Below are positions 38,450-49,797 of a DNA stretch of 64,000 bases, one piece after another. The stretch's first letter is position 1, and every line of letters begins with the position of its first letter. The notes under the pieces are model-generated. The model did not search any database, was not told the origin of the DNA, and saw only the letters and a program-made list of their open reading frames with translations. Both the position numbers and the translations under genes were made by a program. The stretch is from contig AP026136.1 in the NCBI GenBank assembly GCA_030295235.1, forward strand, positions 1,240,001 through 1,304,000, in the 5' to 3' direction. The stretch is from Fistulifera solaris (taxonomy: Eukaryota).

Positions 38450-40063
38450 ATCCTATCATTTTTAAGGTACTACGTACGAGAGAACAGTGAACACACTAAA
38501 TGACTTACGACGCGTCAGGGGTCACGGGTGAAAGGTGAAAGTGATAGGGACCTCTCTCTACCAGGTAGTATGTTCTTGTTCTCGTTTGTTTCTTGGGATT
38601 TCGGTTCATGACTTCTTCCAAAACTGCACAGAGAACGAATAATGTCGAATGTCGAACGGAACCTATAGCCGGTAGCCGTTATCTTTCGGATGTCGGCGAA
38701 GTCGCTTTCAGTCCTAAACCTAAAAAGTGTGTGACTGGTTTGTTGACTCGGGATTGCGTTGGGTTGATCGTAGTACAGCAGACGTGGTTCGCATGACATA
38801 ACTATCTTATGGAACAAATTAAAAGTGAAAAGCTTTTCAGTAGTGGATTAATTGCTACGTAGTAATTACCTTCTGCCAGGTGACAGTGACAGCGTGGCAG
38901 GTGGCAGCCAATAGCCAATAAAATGAAAAAAATTGCGATGTTCGAAGATCGAGATACCTGGTACCGGTACCTGGTAATGATGATTCGCCACTCGCCACTC
39001 ACATGACGACTCACTCATCCCAGTCCCCCCTCTCCCTCCCGTTCATCTGTAGGAAAAAATAGGGTCTTAATTTTGTGGCCATTCTAATAATAGTGCCACA
39101 TGAGCTCTGAGAGCTGCTGATTTGAAAAACTGTAAAATGAATGCCATTTAGCTAGACTTAAAATTTTTTCGGAGTTGGTGAACATTGGTGTTTTTGTGGC
39201 TTCAAAAGCAAAAAGGTCCTCCGCCAGCATTTGCAAGTTGAGGGTAAGTGAAAATCTCTCAGACTTCTGCCAAATAGCTGGTAGTCAGAAAAAGGTTAAC
39301 TCCAGAAAAATGGTTTTGCCGAGTTGCAACATTGATAAATTTCCCAAGGGGGCTACTTGAATTTACGTCGACATTCGAAGCGCTGCATCTTTCCTTCTTG
39401 TTACATTTGGAGCACGAACTGTTGACAAATATCGCTCATTGGTATCACGCTGCTATGTCGTTGGAAGTTACGCTCTCTAGCATTGGTGCAAACCAGAGCC
39501 GTATATTGATAAAGGCGACATCATTCCGAGAAACTTCCCTACCTAGAGTACGTAAACGTACGTCGACTTGGAAACATTGCATCTATTGTCTTTTCATGTT
39601 CAGCGTTCCAATCACTTTCGAATCCTACGTATTGTCTCTATGAAGGTATAGAATGGAATGTAACGATGACATTTGTCGCTGCCGGAGCCGAGAAACGAGA
39701 AATGATGTTGTCGAATTCGATAAGGTCCGGCTATGGTACCTGCATCGATAAAATTCCTACGAACCAACGTGAATTTCACGTAGACTATTATTTGGAGCGT
39801 TGTGTCTTCGCTCTTTTCATTGTATTGATTTCAAATTGATTGTGATCATCTTTATTAGTTAGTTCGAGTGGCTATTGTCATAGAATGGTATTGTTGGCAA
39901 TAGCGAAAAATGACACAATATCCGGGTTCTCCATGATGAGGCGCCGCTTTTCAAGCGACCTTCTTTTAGCATATTGCATACACAACACACAAACAAGCTT
40001 TATGTACAAAGTATTTAGCCAGCAAAGAAAGAACAACCGTACAAATCAAAGAATAATCAAAGA

Positions 40064-40561
40064 ATGAATTTTTTGAAGATTTTAGTTTTCGGTTTGTTCA
40101 TCAGATCGTCGTTGGGGTTTTTATTGCTTTCCCAATCGACGATGCCAACAACACTCCTGCACGCCAACCATTTGCCGACGCCGGAAGAATCGGCGCGTGC
40201 GTTATCTGATTATATGGCGAAAGCACACGAGGACAAATTGAAAGCCATAGCACAATGCGAGAAGAAGTATCAGGCAGAAATTGCAGAGCTCAAAGACAAA
40301 ATTGCACAGCTCGAGCAGAACAAACTTGTTGCCATTTCCAGTGAGGACGACTCGTTTCTTTTCCCAGTTACCAACAAGGCCATGACGGAAAAGATAGCTG
40401 CCTACCGAAGCTTCATTACGAAATATATTGTCAGTGCACAAGAAGATAAAAGAAGGGCGGTCGCAGAAGCAGAAAAGAAAGTGAGAGAGTATTACGAAGA
40501 GAAGCTCCGACAAAAGGAGCTAGACGCTAGCGCAAAAGTCACAGAAAAGAATTTTGCTTAA
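40064..40561 (+). CDS. Small coiled-coil protein, probably plastid-targeted
   Basis: Signal peptide with SLG|F and an internal two-fold helical repeat. Confidence 0.75.
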   Translation: MNFLKILVFGLFIRSSLGFLLLSQSTMPTTLLHANHLPTPEESARALSDYMAKAHEDKLKAIAQCEKKYQAEIAELKDKIAQLEQNKLVAISSEDDSFLFPVTNKAMTEKIAAYRSFITKYIVSAQEDKRRAVAEAEKKVREYYEEKLRQKELDASAKVTEKNFA

Positions 40562-40630
40562 AGAAAACTCGCAAGTGAATTGTCATTAGTCAAGCTTTTA
40601 CTCGATTAGAATTATGCGACATTTTGGTCG

Positions 40631-41818
40631 TTATGCAGCAGGAATATGTTTTCGTTTAGCAATTTCCAGGACAGTCTCTGAGTATGTAGCGAGAGCTTGG
40701 TCAATAGTCTTCCACAGAACAGCTTCTGCCTTGGCAATTTCTGGATCGTGACTTATTTTATCGCGACAAGGGAGAGTCACTGTTTGATGCGGCGTTCCCA
40801 AAGAGAAACGGGGCTGTGTTTCGTCCGCCCCAGACTGGTGAGGTGCTCGAGATATCGATTCGCTGGACGAGCGTAGCTGTTCGGAACAAGAGTTGAGATT
40901 CTGAAAGTAGTCCTTCCAGGCATGTGATTGTACCTTGTGAACTTCTTCTAGCATGACACGGTAGCGTTTCTCGTACTCTGCAGAAGAAATTCGCTGTCCA
41001 TTTGATAAACAGAAGTACTTCATTCCGCCTCTTCCCTTTTCACCTCGCGCGTCGAGAATCTTTTCCGCCAACCTGGATTGATTTGATTTGTATTCATCCA
41101 TCTGTTTCAACTGGGGACCCAAGCGCTGGTATATCGCTGCTTTGTCAGGGGCCTGATACGGAAGGAGTGGGTCGACGGTCGGCGAAGACAAAACATACCC
41201 CGTTAGTTCTTCGATATCCTTTTTTGCGCTTTTTGCTTCATTCGATGTGTAGGAATGGACGAGACTTTGCGCGTGCTGCAATGTTATCGCCATAGAATCC
41301 AGTTGGGAGGGAGGAATGTAAACAAATGGTGAATCTTCCAACAGCATTGTATTGCTGTTGGGCAGCTCCTCAGGATTCAGATTGTTGCGAGATCGTTTCG
41401 GCGCCCGGGGAGCGATATCGAGGTTCAAAACCTCTCCCGTTAGTCTACTGTTTTGTTTCATGAGTGTACTCTGATCCTTCACAATGATAGATAACGGAAT
41501 ATGACACAAACTTTGACGTGATGGCTTGGTCGCAACTTTTTCGAAGCGAACGGTGCTTTCTCCGTTCTTGAAAGAGCTGTGATGTGTCAAATCCTGTAAG
41601 GGAGCTGAAAGTCTTCGCCGGCGGTTTCCGGGGAAAGCATTCCACTTGGAAGTGACATCTTGTAACGGAGAAGAGGAATGTTCGGATGATAGTGTTTGTT
41701 GGAAAGGAATATCTGCATGTGGAGTTCGTTCGACCGTGTTGGAAGCATTTTCGTCGCTCAAAGACGGCACCGACGGGAAGATATCTGAAAGTTGACGTAT
41801 TGGTTGCTTGACTTCCAT
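40631..41818 (-). CDS. Hypothetical protein
   Basis: Long open frame; likely ATG at 41818 (MEVKQP). No family recognised. Confidence 0.7.
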   Translation of the reverse strand: MEVKQPIRQLSDIFPSVPSLSDENASNTVERTPHADIPFQQTLSSEHSSSPLQDVTSKWNAFPGNRRRRLSAPLQDLTHHSSFKNGESTVRFEKVATKPSRQSLCHIPLSIIVKDQSTLMKQNSRLTGEVLNLDIAPRAPKRSRNNLNPEELPNSNTMLLEDSPFVYIPPSQLDSMAITLQHAQSLVHSYTSNEAKSAKKDIEELTGYVLSSPTVDPLLPYQAPDKAAIYQRLGPQLKQMDEYKSNQSRLAEKILDARGEKGRGGMKYFCLSNGQRISSAEYEKRYRVMLEEVHKVQSHAWKDYFQNLNSCSEQLRSSSESISRAPHQSGADETQPRFSLGTPHQTVTLPCRDKISHDPEIAKAEAVLWKTIDQALATYSETVLEIAKRKHIPAA

Positions 41819-42252
41819 TGTAAAATCTGGGTGTAGATGAAATGCTGGAAATGGGTAAGTTGAAAGGAATGGTTGGAATGACGCGAGGACCAAGACGAAG
41901 ACGCACACAAATAATGAAGTAAAATGAAGAAAAGCATTCGGGTCGCTGAACTGAGAACACGCACAAGAAAACCCTGACATAGACCACAAACCAGGCGGGC
42001 GTACCATTATTTAGTAAAGACGATTGATAATTAAATGCAAGGAAAAATACTTAAAAGAAAAACTTTTATCAATCCGTTTTAGTATACTATTGAGACTATA
42101 CTTAGTATGCCGCGCTTCTTTTATGAATATCGGCGGGCGCGCTTGTGCGACGTCATCATTGAGGATTGGACTTGCGTGGACGGCGGGAAGACGTGTTTTT
42201 CGAAGATGCCTGCAAGCATCCGATGACGCTGACGCCCTTGCCATTGTAATGA

Positions 42253-42865
42253 ATGCTATCAATCACTGCACTCACCATAATTTTACTCGCAACGCTACTT
42301 TCTCATGATCTGTGTAAGATACTGGTTATTCCTAGCTTTTTCCGTACGCGCATTTCGGGCCGAAGCCACCAGCAGATGGGGCTTATTCCGCAAGCAATAT
42401 ACTCCGCTACTCTTTTTTTACGGTGCCTAAAGGCATGATTTCGGAATGTGACGCGATGGAACGCGCCGTGTGCGCACTCGAAAGGGATATAGGTATTCGT
42501 GTAGAACGGCTCGACTTGTTGCGTCAGCCAGAAACAGAAGCCATTTTGGGATTATTAACGCAAAAGACGCCTCCCTTCTTGTATCACCGCGAGTCCGGAC
42601 AAAGTCTACATGTACCAACAGGAGGCAATGCAATTGATATGATCCGCTTGCGTGCGTGGGCAAAGGAAGAATGTTGTCTTCCCCATCGGGTGCTCGTGGG
42701 AGTGTTTCTGGCATTGCCAGTCGGGCACCCACTGCGGCTCGTCAACAGCGAGAATTGGAAGAAGAGGAAGACATGATTGAGAATATGTCCTTGACGCCAA
42801 CACAACTGGAAGGAAAACAGAAAATGAAAGAAAGAACAAGAGAGAGGAACCGCAAGAAACCTTGA
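42253..42865 (+). CDS. Hypothetical protein, possibly thioredoxin-like fold
   Basis: Signal-like N-terminus, then ECDAMERAV...VERLD...PFLYHRES. Needs indels or splicing to join, so the structure is uncertain. Confidence 0.45.
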
Positions 42866-43284
42866 TAGTCGAGTGTTGAGGGAAGTCAAGCTTGTCATAC
42901 GGATTGTCGATGAGAAAGGTCGACGCCATGTCGCTCTACGATACATGTAACTCATGATTGACTTTACTACATAACAATTATCTTAAGCATCATGTGTAAT
43001 AGACGTCAATAGACGTCTCGCTTGTTTACATCAGAACTCCGTTGAGGTTGAGCTGCGAAATGATTTTCGTCCTTAAATTTTAAGGTTACTCCGTGAGGTT
43101 ACTCAGTGTGGTTATAATCTCCTTTTCTCTATCCTTACTGCAGATACCTTGAAACCGCAACAAAACGGCCGCCAGCAAAATATGATGCGATGATATGTTC
43201 GTCCCTAATTGTTATCGAAAGGAAGAAATACCTTTCACTACTTTACGGCAAGAACATCTCAGCAGGCTCGAAACACAGAACATC

Positions 43285-43860
43285 ATGATGATGCAAGTCC
43301 TCCGCGCTCCGGCAATCGCGCGTTACGCTGTTCGTAGCAACTTCCTGAGACACTTTTCGACAGTACAAAAGCTTGCAGATTCTAGTGCCGTCGAAGATTT
43401 TCGTAACCTCAACAGCAAAGCCGTCATGTATTTTACTGCTTCTTGGTGCGGGCGTGAGTAACCTAATTTCAATATAAAAGTTGCGTTCTCGCAAAGCCAC
43501 CTCACGGTGTGACTGTCTTCTTCTGTACGTTCGCAGCTTGCAAAGCCATCTCACCCATGTATCAAGAAATGGCTACAAAGTATACGGACATTGCTTTCGG
43601 TAAAATAGATATTGATGAGAATGCTGACTCGTCGATGGAGTACGAAATATCGGCGGTACGTTTTTTGTGAGAATTCGTCAGGTGTGCTATTGTTTGTCGA
43701 TAAATCATTCTGATATACTGACATCGCTTCGTTCCTACTGGTAACACATAAGGTCCCTACCTTCATTTTCTTTGAAGACAACAAAGCTATAGCTCTTGTG
43801 CGTGGTGCTGATGTCAAAGGTTTGCAAAGTAATTTGGATCTATTGCAAAATTCAAAGTAA
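43285..43860 (+). CDS. TRX: Thioredoxin, mitochondrial-type presequence
   Basis: WCGPC is restored across intron 43454-43536. Intron 43656-43752 gives ISA|VPTF. Confidence 0.92.
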
Positions 43861-44052
43861 GGATCTTTCTCGGGGTTCAGAAAGAAGCCCAACAAACGAG
43901 CAACATTTATTCGGATAAGAACAAGAATAAAGTAATTTTATGCGTTTTCTCAGAGAGAGGATAAAGGTGAATTTGTGGGAGTGTATTTATGTCCTGTTTT
44001 GAAAGGTTCAAAATCATGGTGTGTTGCTCAGCTCTCGTTTGCTGCAAGCATT

Positions 44053-45355
44053 CTATTTTGTCACACTTCGATACACGCGGCCCCAACCGGGAAACAACAT
44101 GGTATCCATCACAATGTGAACTCCACACTTCACAAGCTTCCGGATAATTCCATTCCGGTGAAACGCCGCCAAATCTTTGTTTCGACCAATTTTACTACGA
44201 CCATGCAACTCCAGTAACAAACTCACGTGTAGCTGATGCTCTTCTACAGCGTGGCATAGCGATTGCCAATCATTGTTCAAAATAGCGTATTCGGCTCCTT
44301 CCACATCCATTTTGATGATCAAATGAGAGTCATTTGTCATCAAGACGGTTTCTCCTTCAATAGTGTCGACAGACTGATTCCGCGGACAACCACCGTCGAT
44401 TTGTCCGTATGTTTACTGCGTTTGCTCTTTTCAGCCAATATAGAAGATCCTTGTCCAGAATTGCCTTCCACAAACATTTCAATGGGTCCATCGCGGTCCG
44501 TAATAACAGTATCCGTATAAAAGGCTACACTTCGCAAGGGGCAAGGTGTCGTTTGCATCGTTCGCGATGCAAGACGCTGGAGAGGCACTGTTAAAGCTGG
44601 ATTGCCCTAGCTGAAGATGTCAGTTTCCGTCCCATCTCATCTTGCTTCAAACATAAAAATTTACATACCTCCACTCCAAAGTAACAATAATCCTCGGGGC
44701 GCGTTTGATGCGTCGCTTCGCGCATGCGAGAATCCGCCCAATCGTGAATTCCTTCCCAGTGGGCTGCGTTGATAAACTTTCCAAACCGTTTACTCCAACG
44801 GCTCCTTGGTGGTGGATCAACAACACTAGTATAACTTTTTACCATATAACCCGTGTCCAGGTGAAATGACGAGGGGCAGGGGAGATGGTAAAACCCGGCA
44901 TTGACGAATTTGTAGACAGTATCCCCAATGTTGACTCCCAAATCCCAGAATACCCGCCGACATGGTTGTATTGAGACGTTGTGGGGAATAATAGGAGACT
45001 CTTCTGGCTGGAAAACTGCCTTGAGTCCTCGAAGATAATGGCTATTGTCAGCGTGACGACACAGCGTTTCCAACTGAGCGCGCTGTTCGGCAACAACAAG
45101 CGCATTTCGGAGACTAGTTTCATCATCGAACGGTTCACTTTTATGTGAACTGCGCATTAATGATGATCGATCCTTCATTTTAGTAAGAATTGTGGTGGAA
45201 TCTATGGCCTGTGTTGCAAGACGGGACGGTTCCTCCCAATTCATATTGACCACACAGGTGAGAATGACCAAAACAACCACCATGCACCGTAACGTCCCTA
45301 TTTGGTGAGCTCTTCTCGTATCGACAGCCATGGGCTTACGCAGACGCTGCAGCAT
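44053..45355 (-). CDS. FkbM-family methyltransferase with N-terminal TM anchor
   Basis: FWDLGVNIGD, FGVE|GNP across intron 44607-44668, and IIKMDVEGAEY. Indel near 44350. Confidence 0.82.
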
Positions 45356-45497
45356 GATGACCAATGCGTTTTAAGGTCAACAACAATGATTTGCCCGATG
45401 GAGTGGTCCGGTTTTGCCAATGAAAAAAGAAGAAAAGATCAAAAGTGCCGATCCTTGATGGTTGATGGTCGTCTGTCGTGTGAAACGTTCATTTAGT

Positions 45498-45864
45498 ACG
45501 TCAAAGTCAGATTTACGTCACTTTTGGCACTTTATTGGTAATCGGAGTTGACAGCCAGTATACGTAGTTTAAATACCGTAGTAGTTTCCTTTCTGTTTTT
45601 TTGATATTGATTGTACGATTGTCGAGACTACTGTTTACTCTCTCTGACGTCTTTACCAGGTACCGGTACCTCTGACGTCCGACCAGAAATCCGGGACTCC
45701 CAACAGTACATTAATCGCTATATAACCTGTAAGTTCAAAATTTGAATTTTTCACTCCTCATTTCCGAGCCAAGCTCCAAGTTCCTCGTCCAGTCGTCCGC
45801 ACCTCTGTCCTCCACCCAAAATAGAACCAAAGGAATCGGATCCGCGCTTTCACATCACACGTCA
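45498..45864. promoter_or_regulatory. TGACGT/ACGTCA cluster upstream of the FkbM gene
   Basis: ACGTCA at 45498, 45515 and 45859; TGACGT at 45645 and 45673. Confidence 0.45.
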
Positions 45865-47538
45865 AAATAAACGAAGAGCGAGGGCGTTAGACTTGAACAT
45901 TCATTTTGGTGATGGGTACAAATTTCCGTTGCTGGTCAGCCTGTAGTTTGTTGCGGAGTGGAAGGATGAATGAACCTAGAGCTGAAGCATCGCTCTACTT
46001 CGCTGTGTCTTGGCTTGCGAGAAATTTTTCCTAGTCCACGTTCAGGAAAACGTAAGTCTAGCCGCGAATTCGGTGAACCTTTGAAGATTTCAACCGCAAA
46101 ACTGTTAATTGAACGAAGACGAGAGTAGCTGTAATGAGGAATTATTATCAATGGGAATCTCTCCGAACAAAATATGATGGATTCGATTATATCATCTCCA
46201 TATCATTCATGGATTCTGAACACTACTTGTATCATCTTCATCGTTTGGTGCATCGTGTGTATTTGATTATCTCACAAATAATTTCCACTTATAAAACCTT
46301 GTCTCTTTGCAGTCCATTGAGTCTTATGAAAAGGTACAAGACTGGCTCGGACTTGAGTTCGTCGGTTTTTTTCTGCTCGGCCTATTTCGTTCTGTTTCCA
46401 GTCGAGCCGCAAAGGCCACGGAAATCGATTGGGAATGTGTCCGGGGAGGAGGACTCGTTGACTGACATGAGTCCTTGCTAATCGTAAAGGTGGATCGCCG
46501 CACACTGCTGAATTGCGTCTATGCGTATCTTTTCATACTTTTCGAAGATCGACGATAATAGTGACCATTCGTTCATGCAATATACTTTTCTTTTGCCATC
46601 GATGGCGACGCTGGTGTTTCCAAGCTATAAATAGCTTTCAATGATTTAGAAGATAGTTCGTTTGAGTAACGATTGCATTGAATAACTCGGCGCGCTACGA
46701 TCATTGTCCAAGTGATCCACAACAAGTGGTGAACGAAAAAAAATAACATTTTGTATTAGCCGCTGGTATTGCTGAAAGATTCGTTGTAGAGCTCATTTGT
46801 TTTGTTATCGCTGAAGACTCGGTTTGGGTTGTGCCCCATAATTTGAAGTTTGCTTCTATATGATCTTCTTTATTGAAGTGAATCACTTGCTTCCTCCACA
46901 AACCATAATCTTCGACTCTGTAACATCTAGCTAGCGAGGTACCGGTACCTTACCACCAAATTGATGGATTGATAGACATTCCTTTAGAAACACCGCCAAG
47001 TTGTCGACTCGGATTCATGGCACACGAACACTAGGACCCATCGAAACGCGGACAGATCGTCGATACCACGCATCGCAGCAATCTTGACTCAAAATGACAG
47101 TCGCAATTCTGAATGCTGAAGCAGTGCGAATCATGGAGCCAAGATGCACAAAGACGAATAAGCGGAGCAGAATCATCAGATAGAGAATTGTGAATGTCTC
47201 ATGACTCATGACTGAAATCCAGTCGTTGTTGCAGAAATTCAGTAAGTTTACCTGGAAGTGGAAGGTCAAGGAGGTCCGATGGTGACAAAAACGACATCAC
47301 TACCCGGTGAAGCGAAACACCATGAAGAACCGTTTCTTAGCATAAATTGAACAGATAAACAGCTTATCAAAGACTTTCAAGCCCCTCTTTTGTGTTAAAA
47401 GAAAAGAAAATCTACAGCTTGCTCTGTATCGCGTTATCGATCGACTTGCTGTTCTAAAGCATCGCTGATATTTTGTTTTGACTAGCTCCTACGCACCTAC
47501 AAACTACAAAATAATACAAAGTACTCACCTGTAAAAAC

Positions 47539-48520
47539 ATGTTCTTCGTCACAAAAGCACAAACGACGCGACAAGCACACCTCATTCACCAATTTATCCG
47601 CTCGCTCGCTTCTTCTCCCGCAACGACGCATCCTTTTGTACGTTCACCTGTTCAGAAATACCCCCTCACTCCGACTCGACACGTTCCTTCTTATATTCCG
47701 CGTCCTCCCTACGCACGAACCGGGCGTGTTTCTCCCTTCCGTGTGGCTACATCAAATTGCATTACATACCGAAGATCCCGTCGAGTTGCGGAATGCGGCT
47801 CGTTTGGCGCGGCGTGTGCTCGATCTGGCGTGTGCGTCGGTACAGCCCGGCATGACCTCGGATGACATCGATGCAATCGTACACGAGACGATCCTACGAC
47901 ACGGAGCGTATCCGTCTCCTTTGAATTATGAAGGATTTCCAAAATCGGTATGTACATCTATCAATGAAGTTATTTGTCATGGTATTCCGGATCTGCGGCC
48001 TTTTCAATACGGCGATGTTGTATCGCTGGACGTCAGTTGCTACTTGCAAGGTGTGCACGGAGATAACTGTGCGACGATTCTAGTCGGGGACGATGAAGAA
48101 GGCAGTGATGTACAATTAGCACCCGCTCGTCGATTGATTCAAGCTACAAAAGAAAGTTTGGATGCAGCGATTGCGACTTGTCGTCCGGGGAGTTGCTTGA
48201 CATCCATCGGAGCTGCAATTCAAGACGTGGCGGATTCGTACGGATATCATTCGGTCGAAAAGTATAGGGGCCACGGTATTGGTACGGAATTTCATTGTGC
48301 GCCCTTTGTCAAGCACTTTCGCAATCATGATTACTTGCGCTTGCAGAAAGGAATGGTTTTTACGATTGAACCCATGTTGACGGCAGGATGTGCCGATTGT
48401 TTTGAATGGGATGATCAATGGACGGTAGCTACCTCGGATGGTAGTTTAGCAGCGCAATTCGAGCATACAGTCTACATAACCGAAGATGGGGCGGAGATTT
48501 TGACGCTTCCAGATGAATAG
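47539..48520 (+). CDS. MAP1: Methionine aminopeptidase type 1, organellar
   Basis: IPRPPY, SVCTSINEVICHGIPD, GHGIG, FTIEPM and AQFEHT motifs. Indel near 47730. Confidence 0.93.
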
Positions 48521-49797
48521 TTGTCAACTAAATATGCGTGTTTTTCTACATAGCAGAGGAAGGCTTGCTAAAGGCATGACAAAGTCTCTTTTAATGCAAC
48601 CAGACATAGGAATCATTTTGTAGAATCCTTCTTTCAACTGTGTAGCATACCATTTTATATACTGTAAGAATCCTTCTCTTCCTCGGTCCCAGGTCCTGTA
48701 CGTCAAAAAGGCGCATCATAGAATAGGTGTCGTGAAACCTAGCTCAGCCGAAGAAGGGTGCCCCTGCGTCTTTTCGGCTAGATTCTTCAAAAATCGTGCG
48801 AATTCCACCGCACACCGCAAACCATGCGACGAGATCTGACGGTATTAGAGGATGCTCCGCCCACTCTTGCAAAGTGTCCTTGTCGAAACCAGGGACGAAG
48901 GATTCGCGTAACCTTCATACTGATTGTCTTCACAAAAAACATCCTATGCTTGTCGCGTGGTAGTCGGTTGATGCGTGTGAACATGACAAGTCCGGCAGCG
49001 TCGATAAATTTCTTTCCATTAGTCGGTGTCTCGAAGAATCTGAAAGGAATCATCATCTGGTGCTTCTTTCGAATGTAGTGAAAAATCCCGCTCACACAAT
49101 AGTTGCCACGTCTTCTCTTTTCACTGCAACGAAAAACTTGCTCGCAGCTAGCGACATCTTGAAATGTCAAAAGGGAAGGAAATGAGGCGTCCAAAATTCG
49201 AGAACACCCAAGATTTTCTCGTCGCATCAAGCGGTTTTGAAGGACGGTTATCGAGCTTCGAATCGGTGGCGAATGAGTACGGCATCTTGAGAAATACTCG
49301 AATGAAAATAGGAGATTGCTTCAAAAGGAAACAGCAGCGAAAGAAGAAGGTAGGAAGGGAAGAAGCGATAAGAGAGACGTTCGTCAACTAATGACTAATG
49401 AAAATGATGAACGTTACCAGGTAATGAACTGGAAGAAGAAAAAAAGCGAAAAAGACAAGATGGCTCGTGATTATTCTGTCGTTGTGTGGCGTACCGGTAC
49501 TCAGAATAGTAAGGTTGTTTGTCATTGGTCACACGCTTGGTATCGCCGGTCGCCGGTCAACGGTTACAAACCGTCCATCCATCCGGTCGCAGGAAGAGAA
49601 ACTCCGCCGACCGCCGACGCGACGGATCGAGACGATGAAACCATCGAGGAGGAAAACAAAACAAATGATTGCATCACATCACACCCACACAAATAATCGA
49701 AAGTGAAGATCATATCATTCATGACCCAAGAATGCATGTTATATTCCCATCTTTCTTCTCATAAGAAAACTAACGAAGAATCGACACGCGCTTTAAG

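Noticed and set aside
48524..49390. Possible minus-strand spliced or degenerate gene (…GFLQYIKWYATQLKEGFY…)
   Set aside because: It looks coding-like, but neither a consistent exon structure nor a family could be supported.
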